A stretch of 21,036 nt of DNA from Armatimonadota bacterium. GTDB lineage: Bacteria > Vulcanimicrobiota > JACPDS01 > JBDRKI01. The DNA is taken from contig JBDRKI010000017.1 of NCBI GenBank assembly GCA_043814095.1, forward strand, positions 1-21,036, written 5' to 3'. How positions within the stretch are numbered: the first letter of the stretch is position 1; every line of letters begins with the position of its first letter. Under the pieces are notes generated by a model. The model was not told the DNA's origin. It did no database searches and saw nothing but the letters and a program-made list of their open reading frames with translations. The translations under genes and the position numbers were made by a program. Of this stretch, positions 9,326 to 17,897 are shown one piece after another.

Positions 9326-10424
9326 ATGCTGGAAGATTATGAAAAACAATTTAAAGATATACGGACAAAATTCATAAAAGTCAAGGAGTATCTTTGAATC
9401 GGATAAACTGAAAGACAAAATTAAAGATATAGAATCCGAACTTGCAAAAGAAACTGTATGGTCAGACCAGGAGCTAGCTAAAAAATACGGCCAGGAGCTG
9501 TCTCACTATAATAATATTATAGGAAGAATTTCAAAAATACAGTCAAACTTAGACGAAGTGGAAATACACCTTGAGCTGGAACGGGATAATAAAGAACTGG
9601 AAAATAAAAAAGAGATAGAGCTTCTTATAAATAATACAAACCGGGACCTGGATGACCTTGAAGTTGAGACCATATTAAACGGGGAATACGATTCTTCAAA
9701 TACCTACATATCAATTCACTCGGGCGCCGGCGGGGTTGACGCCTCGGACTGGGCCGAGATGCTTTTAAGAATGTATCTAAGATGGGCGCAGGATAAAGAC
9801 TTCACATCTTCCTTAATAGAAGTATCCGCGGGAGAAGAAGCCGGCATAAAAAGCGCGACCATATATATTAAAGGTCCTTACGCTTACGGCTACACCAAAT
9901 CAGAAAACGGCGTACACAGGCTTGTGCGGTTATCCCCTTTTGACTCCGCGCACAGGCGCCATACCTCATTCGCGCAGGTAGAAACCCTCCCTGAAGTCAA
10001 AGAAGACATAAAAATAGAAATAAATCCCCAGGATTTAAAAATAGAGACTTACCGCGCGAGCGGTGCAGGCGGCCAGCATGTGAATAAAACCGATTCCGCG
10101 GTAAGAATAACCCATATGTCTACCGGAATTGTCGTACAGTGCCAGAATGAAAGAAGCCAGCACCAGAACAAGCATAACGCGATGAAAATACTTAAAAGTA
10201 AATTATATAAACGCGAAGTAGAAGCACATTCAGAGAAGATCTCTAAAATAAAGGGAGAACACAAAAAAATAGAATGGGGCAGCCAGATAAGGTCTTATGT
10301 TCTTCACCCTTATACAATGGTAAAAGACCACCGCACTTCTTATGAAGAAGGAGATATACACAAGGTTCTGGACGGAAGATTAGACGGCTTCATAAAGGCT
10401 TACCTTGAATGGAATCTCCGTTAA
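9326..10424 (+). CDS. prfB: Peptide chain release factor 2 with programmed +1 frameshift (join 9326-9394, 9396-10424; about 365 aa)
   Basis: GGAGG (9316-9320), ATG 9326, MLEDYEKQFKDIRTKFIKVKEYL, then TGA. The +1 frame continues ESDKLKDKIKDIESELAKETVWSD... into the ORF-track 9558 ORF. SPF anticodon motif and GGQ present; directly after secA. Confidence 0.97.
9383..9398 (+). promoter_or_regulatory. prfB +1 frameshift cassette
   Basis: AAGGAG TAT CTT TGA A: internal SD, 3-nt spacer, slippery CTT-T and in-frame TGA (9395-9397). Confidence 0.95.
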
Positions 10425-10481
10425 AGAAGGAAAATTTAACATATATATAGTATAGCGTATCATCTTAAACAGGAGGCAGTT

Positions 10482-11603
10482 ATGACCAAGACAATAGATA
10501 TAAAAAGCCTGGCGAGAAAATGTATCATGGATTCCTACATGTATGTTGCGGGGAAACCCATTGAAGAAGTTAAAAGAGAGCTAGGCTTAAAAGAGATTAT
10601 AAAGCTGGCGTCAAATGAAAACCCGCTAGGCCCCTCCCCTAAAGCGGTAGAAGCCATAAAGAAAAGCGCGGACCAGATTCATCTGTATCCCGATGACCAT
10701 AATTATTACCTGAAGCAGAAACTTTCAAAACTACATAACCTCTCACCCGAGAATTTTGTCATAGGCAACGGATCCATGCAGCTTTTTGAATTAATATGCA
10801 AAACCTTCATACATGAAAATGAAGAAATGGTTGTGGCAAACCCCACATTCCGGGTGTTTGACAGCCTTATAAGAACAGCCGGGGGGCTCTTAAAAACAGT
10901 CCCTTTAAAAAACCACGCGCATGACGTGGACGCTATGCTTGCCGCCTGCACCGAAAAAACAAAAATAATAGCCCTTGTAAATCCCAATAACCCTACCGGC
11001 ACAAACATACCGAAAGAAGAAGTTGAAAGGTTTATAAACGGAGTCCCGACAAACGCAGTAGCCATACTGGATGAAGCATATATTGACTTTATGGATAAAG
11101 ATAAATATAATTCTCCAGAGTTTTTAGATAAGTGTCCGAACCTTATTATATTAAGAAGCTTTTCCAAGATAATGGGACTGGCGGGACTAAGAATCGGCTA
11201 CGCGATCACCAACAAGGAAGTCGCTCAGGTGATTGAAAAGGCAAGAATGCCGTTCACAGTAAGCCTGCCTGCCCAGGTAGCCGCGGCGGCGTCACTGGAT
11301 GATGCCTCTTTCAGGGAAAAAAGCATAAAGCTTGTGCATGAGCAGAAGAATAAAATGTATAAATTCCTTGAATCAATGAACATTGAATATATACCGTCTC
11401 AGGCAAATTTTATAGCGGTAAAACTTGACGGGATTGACGATAAAGAGTTTTTCGGTCAAATGCTTAAAGAAGGCATCATCATACTGGCCGGCAAAAATAT
11501 GCTGATGCCCGGATATATAAGGGTAACGCTCGGCACCGATGAACAGATGAAAAAATTCTACACGGCCTTTGAAAAAATATATAAAAAACTTAAAAAAGCG
11601 TAA
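10482..11603 (+). CDS. hisC: Histidinol-phosphate aminotransferase family (class I/II PLP enzyme)
   Basis: KLASNENPLGPSP, YPD, NPNNPTG, DEAY, PLP-lysine motif RSFSKIMGLAGLRIGY, C-terminal RVTLG; AGGAGG SD. Family is secure, exact substrate less so. Confidence 0.8.
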   Translation: MTKTIDIKSLARKCIMDSYMYVAGKPIEEVKRELGLKEIIKLASNENPLGPSPKAVEAIKKSADQIHLYPDDHNYYLKQKLSKLHNLSPENFVIGNGSMQLFELICKTFIHENEEMVVANPTFRVFDSLIRTAGGLLKTVPLKNHAHDVDAMLAACTEKTKIIALVNPNNPTGTNIPKEEVERFINGVPTNAVAILDEAYIDFMDKDKYNSPEFLDKCPNLIILRSFSKIMGLAGLRIGYAITNKEVAQVIEKARMPFTVSLPAQVAAAASLDDASFREKSIKLVHEQKNKMYKFLESMNIEYIPSQANFIAVKLDGIDDKEFFGQMLKEGIIILAGKNMLMPGYIRVTLGTDEQMKKFYTAFEKIYKKLKKA

Positions 11604-11665
11604 AAATTTAAAACAGCTTAAGACATGCTCTTAAAACCCTTATTTCATAATGGTTTGACAGGCAC

Positions 11666-11694
11666 TTTACATGAAATTTGTCTTTTAGTATAAT
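11666..11694 (+). promoter_or_regulatory. Near-consensus sigma70 promoter upstream of the SLH-porin gene
   Basis: TTTACA (11666-11671) - 17 bp - TATAAT (11689-11694). Further TATAAT boxes at 11803-11808 and 11830-11835. Confidence 0.55.
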
Positions 11695-11841
11695 TATATC
11701 AAGCTTTAGACTTCAACTTTAATTAATATGATTATAGTTAAAGTCTTTATTTTTTGAAAAATTGCACCTTTAAAAAAGAGGGTTTTAATAAATAGCATCG
11801 TATATAATATACTAAGATGCTATACAAATTATAATGTTTAT

Positions 11842-12040
11842 AAAGTTTACTGCTCTTTTTGCAAATCTGTCGGGAAAGGAGGTGCCCTCCTAGAAGACTC
11901 TGCAAAAATGAAAGAGCGGTAAAATGGAGAACTTTGAAAAAACAGCTCATAATTAAGATTAAGCAGGAAACAAGAATACTCTTAGTCTGAAAAAAAGCTC
12001 GTTTTTTACGGAGTCCTCCAATCATATAGGAGGAAAAGGA
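11842..12040 (+). promoter_or_regulatory. Structured 5' leader of the SLH-porin gene
   Basis: Long hairpin 11846-11923 with apical AGGAGG-TGC-CCTCCT, plus TCCTCC (12014-12019) complementary to the SD GGAGGA (12029-12034). Confidence 0.6.
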
Positions 12041-14416
12041 ATGAAAAAAGCATCGTGGATTGTAGCGATTGTGCTCGTACTCGCATTTACAATGCAGGTT
12101 TCTGCAGCTCCTTTGTTTCCGGATGTTCCGGCTAATCATTGGGGCAGAGATGCAGTAGCTCAGTTAGCTGCAAAAGGTATAATCGAAGGTTATCCTGATG
12201 GTACCTTCAAAGGCGACCGCCATGCAACCAGATGGGAAATGGCTGTTGCATTAGCAAGACTTCTTGCAAAATGTGAGCAGATGTGGTCAACATTTGCAAC
12301 AAAAGAAGATCTTGAAGCACTCAAACAGCTCGTCAGTCAGTTAAGAGACGAGTTAGACGCACTCGGAGTCAGAGTAACCAACTTGGAAGACAATCTGGCC
12401 AAGGTTACAAAGAGAGTATGGGATCTTGAGAAAATCAGATTTTATGGTTCAATTGACACCATAGCTGTAACTCAGGGATTCCAGGCTCAAGCAGCCGCAG
12501 ATCCTTGGGGTCTCGGTACCGGCAGTATGTACAACATACATAATGCAGTAGGTTCAGCAGTAGGCGCATCAATGAGCCCGAACGGTATGGTCAACATGAT
12601 CAACTCCGGTATCGGCGCAGGCGCCGGTGCTTACACTGCATTCCCGGTAACTGACTATCGTAACGGTATACCGCTAACAAACGGTACATCACTTACCACA
12701 GTCGGTATCTTAGGAACCAAGCTCAGAGTATCTGATGATGTGGCAGCCGGTGCGGAATTTGCTGCTTACAGCAGAATAGGTGACTATGCAGTATCATCAT
12801 ACTACGGCGTAGTACCTCCGTATCTAAGCAACATCTTCACAGCTGACATGTTAACAGCCAGAGGCTTCAACAACATGACAGCAACAGCAGTCAAAATGAC
12901 TCTCGATAATATGTGGATGACCCACAAACCAAGCGGGGTTAAACTCCAGGTTGGTTCATTTATCGACACTGATTTCGATCCGGAATTACTCTACGGCGAA
13001 GTTAACCCTAACAACAACGGCCCGAGAGTTCTCCCGTTCTTCGGATTCAGAGTAACTGGCGAAACCCATTTCTTATCACCGATGAAATTTGAAGTCCTCG
13101 GTTCAAAAGTATCAAATGATATACCTGGCGGCGGCGCAGTAGCGATAGCAGCAGGTACCCAGTACAACACAATCATGAGTGGTTTCACACTTGATTGGCT
13201 GTTCAAGGGCGGCGACTTCAAACTCAACTTCCTTAGAACATCAGATGATTTCTTTGGTGGTGCTTCATTACAGCCCGGTGGTATGGAAAATCCGTTTGGC
13301 TGGACAAACCCGAACGATTACAGAGCAGCAGCAGTACCTCAGCAGAGAAACAGACCTGTGGCAGCCGCAGCCCTTAACACAATAGGTATGATCGGCCCGC
13401 AGACTCAGACTATGTACGGAGCTAGCTTCCGCTATGAATTCCCGAACAACATTAAGTTTGAAGCAGTATACGGCTCAACCAACTACAAACCGAATATTTG
13501 TTCAGACTATAATGTGAACGGTACAGCAGGAAGAGCAAAACTCTCCGGCTCACTGTTCCACAACTTACTTGACCTGGCCGCTGAATATGTAGGCGTCAGC
13601 GCAGATTACGATCCTTACATAATACCGTACCAGAGCGTACTCGGTCGTTTACCTGCATACAACGCTGTTTCAGCAGGCTTAACCCAGGTACCTGAACCTT
13701 TCTGGAGATTTGGTCAGTTCGCTTATATACCTGGTTTCTACCAGCTACATAACAGCGAATTAATGCCTAACAACAGACAGGGTCTCAGATTATATGCTAC
13801 CTACCATCTGCCCAGCGGCAATGGTAACATATTTGCGAAGTACGGCTCATTAGAGCAGCTCGGTGCTACCGCAATTATGAACAATGGTGGTATATCTGAC
13901 AGACCGGGTTCAGTAGAATCCTTCTTCCCGAACTTAACCGGCGGTCTGGCTCTCGAATCACCTAAAGGTAGAGTCGAGAATGTAATGCTTGGCGCAGATT
14001 ACAAGTTCCCGAACAAATTCTACGTCAAAGCATCATATGACCACTACAGGCTTAGAAGACCTACCAGCCTCGCAGCTAACGTAAACGCAGCAAACAACAA
14101 CGTAAACATAGCTGAAGGCGTTGGCAAGATCTTCTTGTCCTACCCGACCAATGATAAGTTCCTCTTAAAGGGCGGATATGACTTCGTATCCTTTAGGGGC
14201 GCTTACAGCAACCTTGCTGTAAACTGGGATACCACACAGAACATACCGTACATTGGATTTGACTATCAGTTAAGTGACAACACCTGCTGGTCAGTGCTTG
14301 CAGAAGCATACTCAGTAGATGACAAAGTCACCACAACTCAGCAGTATCTGAATATGGCCACTCCGTTCAAATGGAATGGTACCAGATTACTCACCGAGTT
14401 CAAAGTCAGCTTCTAA
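12041..14416 (+). CDS. SLH domain / coiled coil / beta-barrel outer-membrane protein (OmpM/SlpA-like major envelope protein)
   Basis: Signal peptide (..QVSA-A), single SLH (FPDVPANHWGRDAV..LAAKGIIEGYPDGTFKGDR.ATRWEMA), coiled coil (ELDALGVRVTNLE), long amphipathic beta region ending TEFKVSF (terminal Phe). Visible preference for AAC/TTC/TAC/GGT codons suggests high expression. Confidence 0.9.
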   Translation: MKKASWIVAIVLVLAFTMQVSAAPLFPDVPANHWGRDAVAQLAAKGIIEGYPDGTFKGDRHATRWEMAVALARLLAKCEQMWSTFATKEDLEALKQLVSQLRDELDALGVRVTNLEDNLAKVTKRVWDLEKIRFYGSIDTIAVTQGFQAQAAADPWGLGTGSMYNIHNAVGSAVGASMSPNGMVNMINSGIGAGAGAYTAFPVTDYRNGIPLTNGTSLTTVGILGTKLRVSDDVAAGAEFAAYSRIGDYAVSSYYGVVPPYLSNIFTADMLTARGFNNMTATAVKMTLDNMWMTHKPSGVKLQVGSFIDTDFDPELLYGEVNPNNNGPRVLPFFGFRVTGETHFLSPMKFEVLGSKVSNDIPGGGAVAIAAGTQYNTIMSGFTLDWLFKGGDFKLNFLRTSDDFFGGASLQPGGMENPFGWTNPNDYRAAAVPQQRNRPVAAAALNTIGMIGPQTQTMYGASFRYEFPNNIKFEAVYGSTNYKPNICSDYNVNGTAGRAKLSGSLFHNLLDLAAEYVGVSADYDPYIIPYQSVLGRLPAYNAVSAGLTQVPEPFWRFGQFAYIPGFYQLHNSELMPNNRQGLRLYATYHLPSGNGNIFAKYGSLEQLGATAIMNNGGISDRPGSVESFFPNLTGGLALESPKGRVENVMLGADYKFPNKFYVKASYDHYRLRRPTSLAANVNAANNNVNIAEGVGKIFLSYPTNDKFLLKGGYDFVSFRGAYSNLAVNWDTTQNIPYIGFDYQLSDNTCWSVLAEAYSVDDKVTTTQQYLNMATPFKWNGTRLLTEFKVSF

Positions 14417-14438
14417 GAAATCGGTATTTCTTACAGCT

Positions 14439-14470
14439 AAAAACCCCGCTTCGAAAGAGGCGGGGTTTTT
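14439..14470. terminator. Bidirectional intrinsic terminator
   Basis: AAAAACCCCGCTTC-GAAA-GAGGCGGGGTTTTT between convergent genes. A second perfect 8-bp hairpin TAAGAAAT-CGGT-ATTTCTTA (14414-14433) overlaps the stop codon. Confidence 0.92.
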
Positions 14471-14509
14471 GTTTGTCTACTTTTTACTTATTTAATTTTA
14501 ATTATTTAC

Positions 14510-17500
14510 TTACATCCCTGAAAATTTCTCTGCTTTTTCAATTAACTGCTTGCTTAAAATTACTGCTTTATCTACACTGTCTGCCTCTGATATATTCTTA
14601 AGATCAGCTAACAAACTTTTCTTGACTCTAGAATCAGATCTATCAAAAAAGCCTTTTATTGCATAAAGCTGAGTTTTTAATAGCTGTACTTCTCCCTCAT
14701 TAGAATGGGTTGAAATTTTATCATATATTTTAAGCATATAATCCTCAAACCCGACAGGTCTTTTGAATTTTTTACCTTTGCTAATTTCATAGGCACTTCT
14801 AACTTCATCAGCAGTTACTTCTCTTCCTAATCTATCGCTTAAAACTTTTGCATATAATGCTAATTGAGAGTATGATAAAGACTCTAAACTTTTTCTTTTT
14901 TTAAGATTAATGGTATATTTGCTTTGCCGATTCGCAATCAAGCTTTCCAGCGTTTCCAAGTCTGCAAAATTTCCTTTGTCAGAATAAACATCTAAAATCC
15001 ATTCTATAAGCACACGCTCTTTTGGCATTTCCTCAAGCGGCAAATTTTTTAATTGATAAAGATATGAATAAACTCCTTCCCTGCTTATACCGAGATTCTC
15101 GGCAACTAATCCTTTATCTCCCCCTGCTTCTATAAAAACAGGTATCCTTTCTTTAAGCAGTTCAATTGCTCTTTCTTTATTGATTACACTAGCTTTCGGA
15201 GACTTGTGAATCTCCGGTAGGGACCTACGTATATCAGCAACTGTCACTTCATATCCCAGCCGGTTGCTCAGTTCTTCGGCAAAAGGCCGCAGGGCATCAT
15301 CAGATAATTTTATAATTTCCCTGCTGATATTAAGTATGGTAATAACTGCTATATCCACCTTCTCTGCAGCAAGATTTTCATCTCCATTATTTTCAATTAA
15401 AGACTTTAATATTTTAATCTGTTTTTTAAAAAATTTCATTTCGCTAATTTTCTCATAATACAACTCGATATTTTCTATGGAAAGTACTCTTTTTAGATCT
15501 TCAACCGTCACTTTATATCCCAGCTCCCTGCTTAACTCCTCGGCATAATACTTAAAATTCCTACCCCACAGATCAGAATAGCAATCCTCTAATAGCTCTT
15601 CCGGCCAATTTAATTTAGGACGAATTTTGCCGCCCCACATACTCCTTTCATTAAGATTGCTATTAATACTAGAATCACTAACTCCCTTTGCTTCTATAAA
15701 AGCATCTCCTCCGGCCCTATCGGTTTCAATTAACGATTTTAGTATGGCTATTCTATGCTGTTCTCTTGTTATCTCCAAGTTTTTATTTATAATATCACTT
15801 CTTCTTGTAAAATATTTTTTAACATTTTCTCTTTCAATCACTTCTCTTATATCGGCAACCGTTACTTTACTCCTTAGCCGCCCGGTTAAATCCTTGGCAT
15901 AAAGCTGCAGGGTCTTATCTCCGGAGGAGGCTATTCTGCAAATAACTGCTTTTAATTCATTAACACCTAAATTTAGTTCAATATCCACAAAAGCGGATGT
16001 CCTCCTGGTTTTAAGCATAGAAAATAAAACACCTATTCTATCAGCCCTTTCCTTTATTTCGAAAGCAGCTCTTACTTCCTGCTTCATATCAGTATCTTTC
16101 TTTAAAGTTTCTTTTATTTTATTTAGTGCAATATTGGCTTCAACTGCAATTTCTTCTAAATCTGTGTCAGACATTTTTTTCATTTTCTTAACCAATCTCT
16201 CAATTTGAGAAGTAAATCTCATTTTAGGATATTTAGATCTCAAAATTTTAATTGTCTCAGTCATATTCAGATCTGCCTCAATCACAGCTTTTATCACGTC
16301 AGAATAGGCAATTCCTTCGCTTGCCCTTCCCTCTGCAAACATAACATTTCCTGAATCAACTAATCTTCTTCCCACGGGCTTCCTTATATCGCCCGCAATT
16401 ACACCTCTTCCCGCGCCTGCAGGGCTGTATTTAGGACCGAACATATTCTGAACACCCTGATTAAACTGTTTTGCGGTATTATCTAATCCTCTTTTAAACT
16501 TCTCAACAAAAGGCTCACCTTGTTTTGCCGCCATCGTTTCAGGTTTCCTAACCTGGGTATTAGGCCTTGTTTTTATCTTTGTTACCTTAGATCCGCCTGA
16601 AGGCTTATTTGGTCCTTTAGGAGATTTCTTAGTTTCCTTTACTTTACTAACTGCTTTTGATGAAGAAGAAGTCTTTCTGGCTATTATCCTTACCTTACCT
16701 TTAGATACTGTTATCTTATTCTCCGCAAAAAACTTATGAGCCATCTTCATACACCTTACACCGTATACCATACCTACTATCTGACCTGTTAATAACGCAC
16801 GCTCGTCATCTGTACCGTAATTCCATACATGCACCATCTCTTTAACATCTAAGTCTAATCTTGTTATTGAACATAAGAAGGTATACCAGCTTATGGGATT
16901 GGGAAGGTTCCTTAGAAACATTATTGTCCCGTATATGCCTAATAATGATAATCTACCCGTCTTATTATTTATCTTGCTTAATCCCGGGATAATAGCCATA
17001 TCTAAGTTAGAGAAACCATGCTCAATAAAATTAATATTAGCTATCTTCTCAGGAGTAAATGTATTATCAGTCCAGCTGTATAACTTATACCTTGCATTAA
17101 CCTGTTTTGTATACAGTTTACTTGATACCTTATTGGGGATTATACCAACCCTGCCGCCGTCTAATGATAATGTTACTACTGTTAATTTATTCTTAGCTAT
17201 TTTATCTGTGTAAGGTATTATCCATTTACTTAATGCAACCGGATCATTTAACTTAGGTCCCACTACTACATTCTTTCTTATCTCACCTGATAATTTACCG
17301 GGATTTATTACATTCCACTCTGCCAGAGCCACCGTAAACTTATCCCATGTTCCTAAACTTACTTTAGTGCCGAATACCTTACCAGAGAATGCATAATACT
17401 CCTTTTCTGACATATGTAATTTACAGAAATTAGCAAACCTTCTCTGTTCATGGGGAGGCCAGTCCTTAAAGCTTTTACTTCCTAGATAAGGAAACCTTAC

Positions 17501-17860
17501 TACATTTTTAGGACTTGTTCTTTTATGAAGAGCCATAAGGTATCTTCTAATACGGGGTGAATCATGACTTATGTTGGAGATATCTACATAAAGGTTGTAT
17601 TTATCATATTTACTTAACAGCTCATAATACAACGGCCTTATATTATCAGACACTCCCTTAACAGATACCTTCTTGCTTAAGATACTAAAGAATTTGTCAG
17701 CATGATCTTTACTGGCAAATGTTAGTTTCCCGTTACTTACTACAGCATTATTAAGGACAATATATCCTTTGTATTTCAAAGGATACCTGGCATTTACCTT
17801 ACGGATATCAATACTGCCGTTAAAATATATTCTGTTGTTATTATTTGCATTCAAAAACAT
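14510..17860 (-). CDS. Large hypothetical protein (1116 aa) with four C-terminal repeat modules, some Fis-type-HTH-like
   Basis: 3.35-kb open frame with AGAGG SD, own promoter candidate and terminator. Internal repeats (Y/F)AxxL(S/T)xxLxxxVTxxD/E x4. No recognisable family for the whole protein. Confidence 0.8.
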   Translation of the reverse strand: MFLNANNNNRIYFNGSIDIRKVNARYPLKYKGYIVLNNAVVSNGKLTFASKDHADKFFSILSKKVSVKGVSDNIRPLYYELLSKYDKYNLYVDISNISHDSPRIRRYLMALHKRTSPKNVVRFPYLGSKSFKDWPPHEQRRFANFCKLHMSEKEYYAFSGKVFGTKVSLGTWDKFTVALAEWNVINPGKLSGEIRKNVVVGPKLNDPVALSKWIIPYTDKIAKNKLTVVTLSLDGGRVGIIPNKVSSKLYTKQVNARYKLYSWTDNTFTPEKIANINFIEHGFSNLDMAIIPGLSKINNKTGRLSLLGIYGTIMFLRNLPNPISWYTFLCSITRLDLDVKEMVHVWNYGTDDERALLTGQIVGMVYGVRCMKMAHKFFAENKITVSKGKVRIIARKTSSSSKAVSKVKETKKSPKGPNKPSGGSKVTKIKTRPNTQVRKPETMAAKQGEPFVEKFKRGLDNTAKQFNQGVQNMFGPKYSPAGAGRGVIAGDIRKPVGRRLVDSGNVMFAEGRASEGIAYSDVIKAVIEADLNMTETIKILRSKYPKMRFTSQIERLVKKMKKMSDTDLEEIAVEANIALNKIKETLKKDTDMKQEVRAAFEIKERADRIGVLFSMLKTRRTSAFVDIELNLGVNELKAVICRIASSGDKTLQLYAKDLTGRLRSKVTVADIREVIERENVKKYFTRRSDIINKNLEITREQHRIAILKSLIETDRAGGDAFIEAKGVSDSSINSNLNERSMWGGKIRPKLNWPEELLEDCYSDLWGRNFKYYAEELSRELGYKVTVEDLKRVLSIENIELYYEKISEMKFFKKQIKILKSLIENNGDENLAAEKVDIAVITILNISREIIKLSDDALRPFAEELSNRLGYEVTVADIRRSLPEIHKSPKASVINKERAIELLKERIPVFIEAGGDKGLVAENLGISREGVYSYLYQLKNLPLEEMPKERVLIEWILDVYSDKGNFADLETLESLIANRQSKYTINLKKRKSLESLSYSQLALYAKVLSDRLGREVTADEVRSAYEISKGKKFKRPVGFEDYMLKIYDKISTHSNEGEVQLLKTQLYAIKGFFDRSDSRVKKSLLADLKNISEADSVDKAVILSKQLIEKAEKFSGM

Positions 17861-17897
17861 AATAATACCTCTAAAATATTTATATATTTACAATTTA

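Noticed and set aside
9326..9397. prfB as a pseudogene, or the 23-codon ORF as a separate peptide
   Set aside because: Matches the established RF2 programmed-frameshift cassette.
11604..12040. AT-rich intergenic region as replication origin, or as tRNA/SRP/6S/known riboswitch
   Set aside because: I saw no DnaA boxes (TTATCCACA), cloverleaf, SRP core, T-box or c-di-GMP consensus. An Rfam scan is still needed for a firm negative.
11747..12139. 130-aa minus-strand ORF across the SLH leader, and tiny uORFs MKER (11908-11922) and MENFEKTAHN (from 11924)
   Set aside because: The long ORF overlaps the SLH gene start and has no protein-like features; the uORFs lack a convincing SD.
14510..17860. 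Orphan as a Cas effector, recombinase or phage/defence enzyme
   Set aside because: No RuvC, HNH, HEPN, P-loop or integrase motif recognised, and no array, att site or partner genes nearby.
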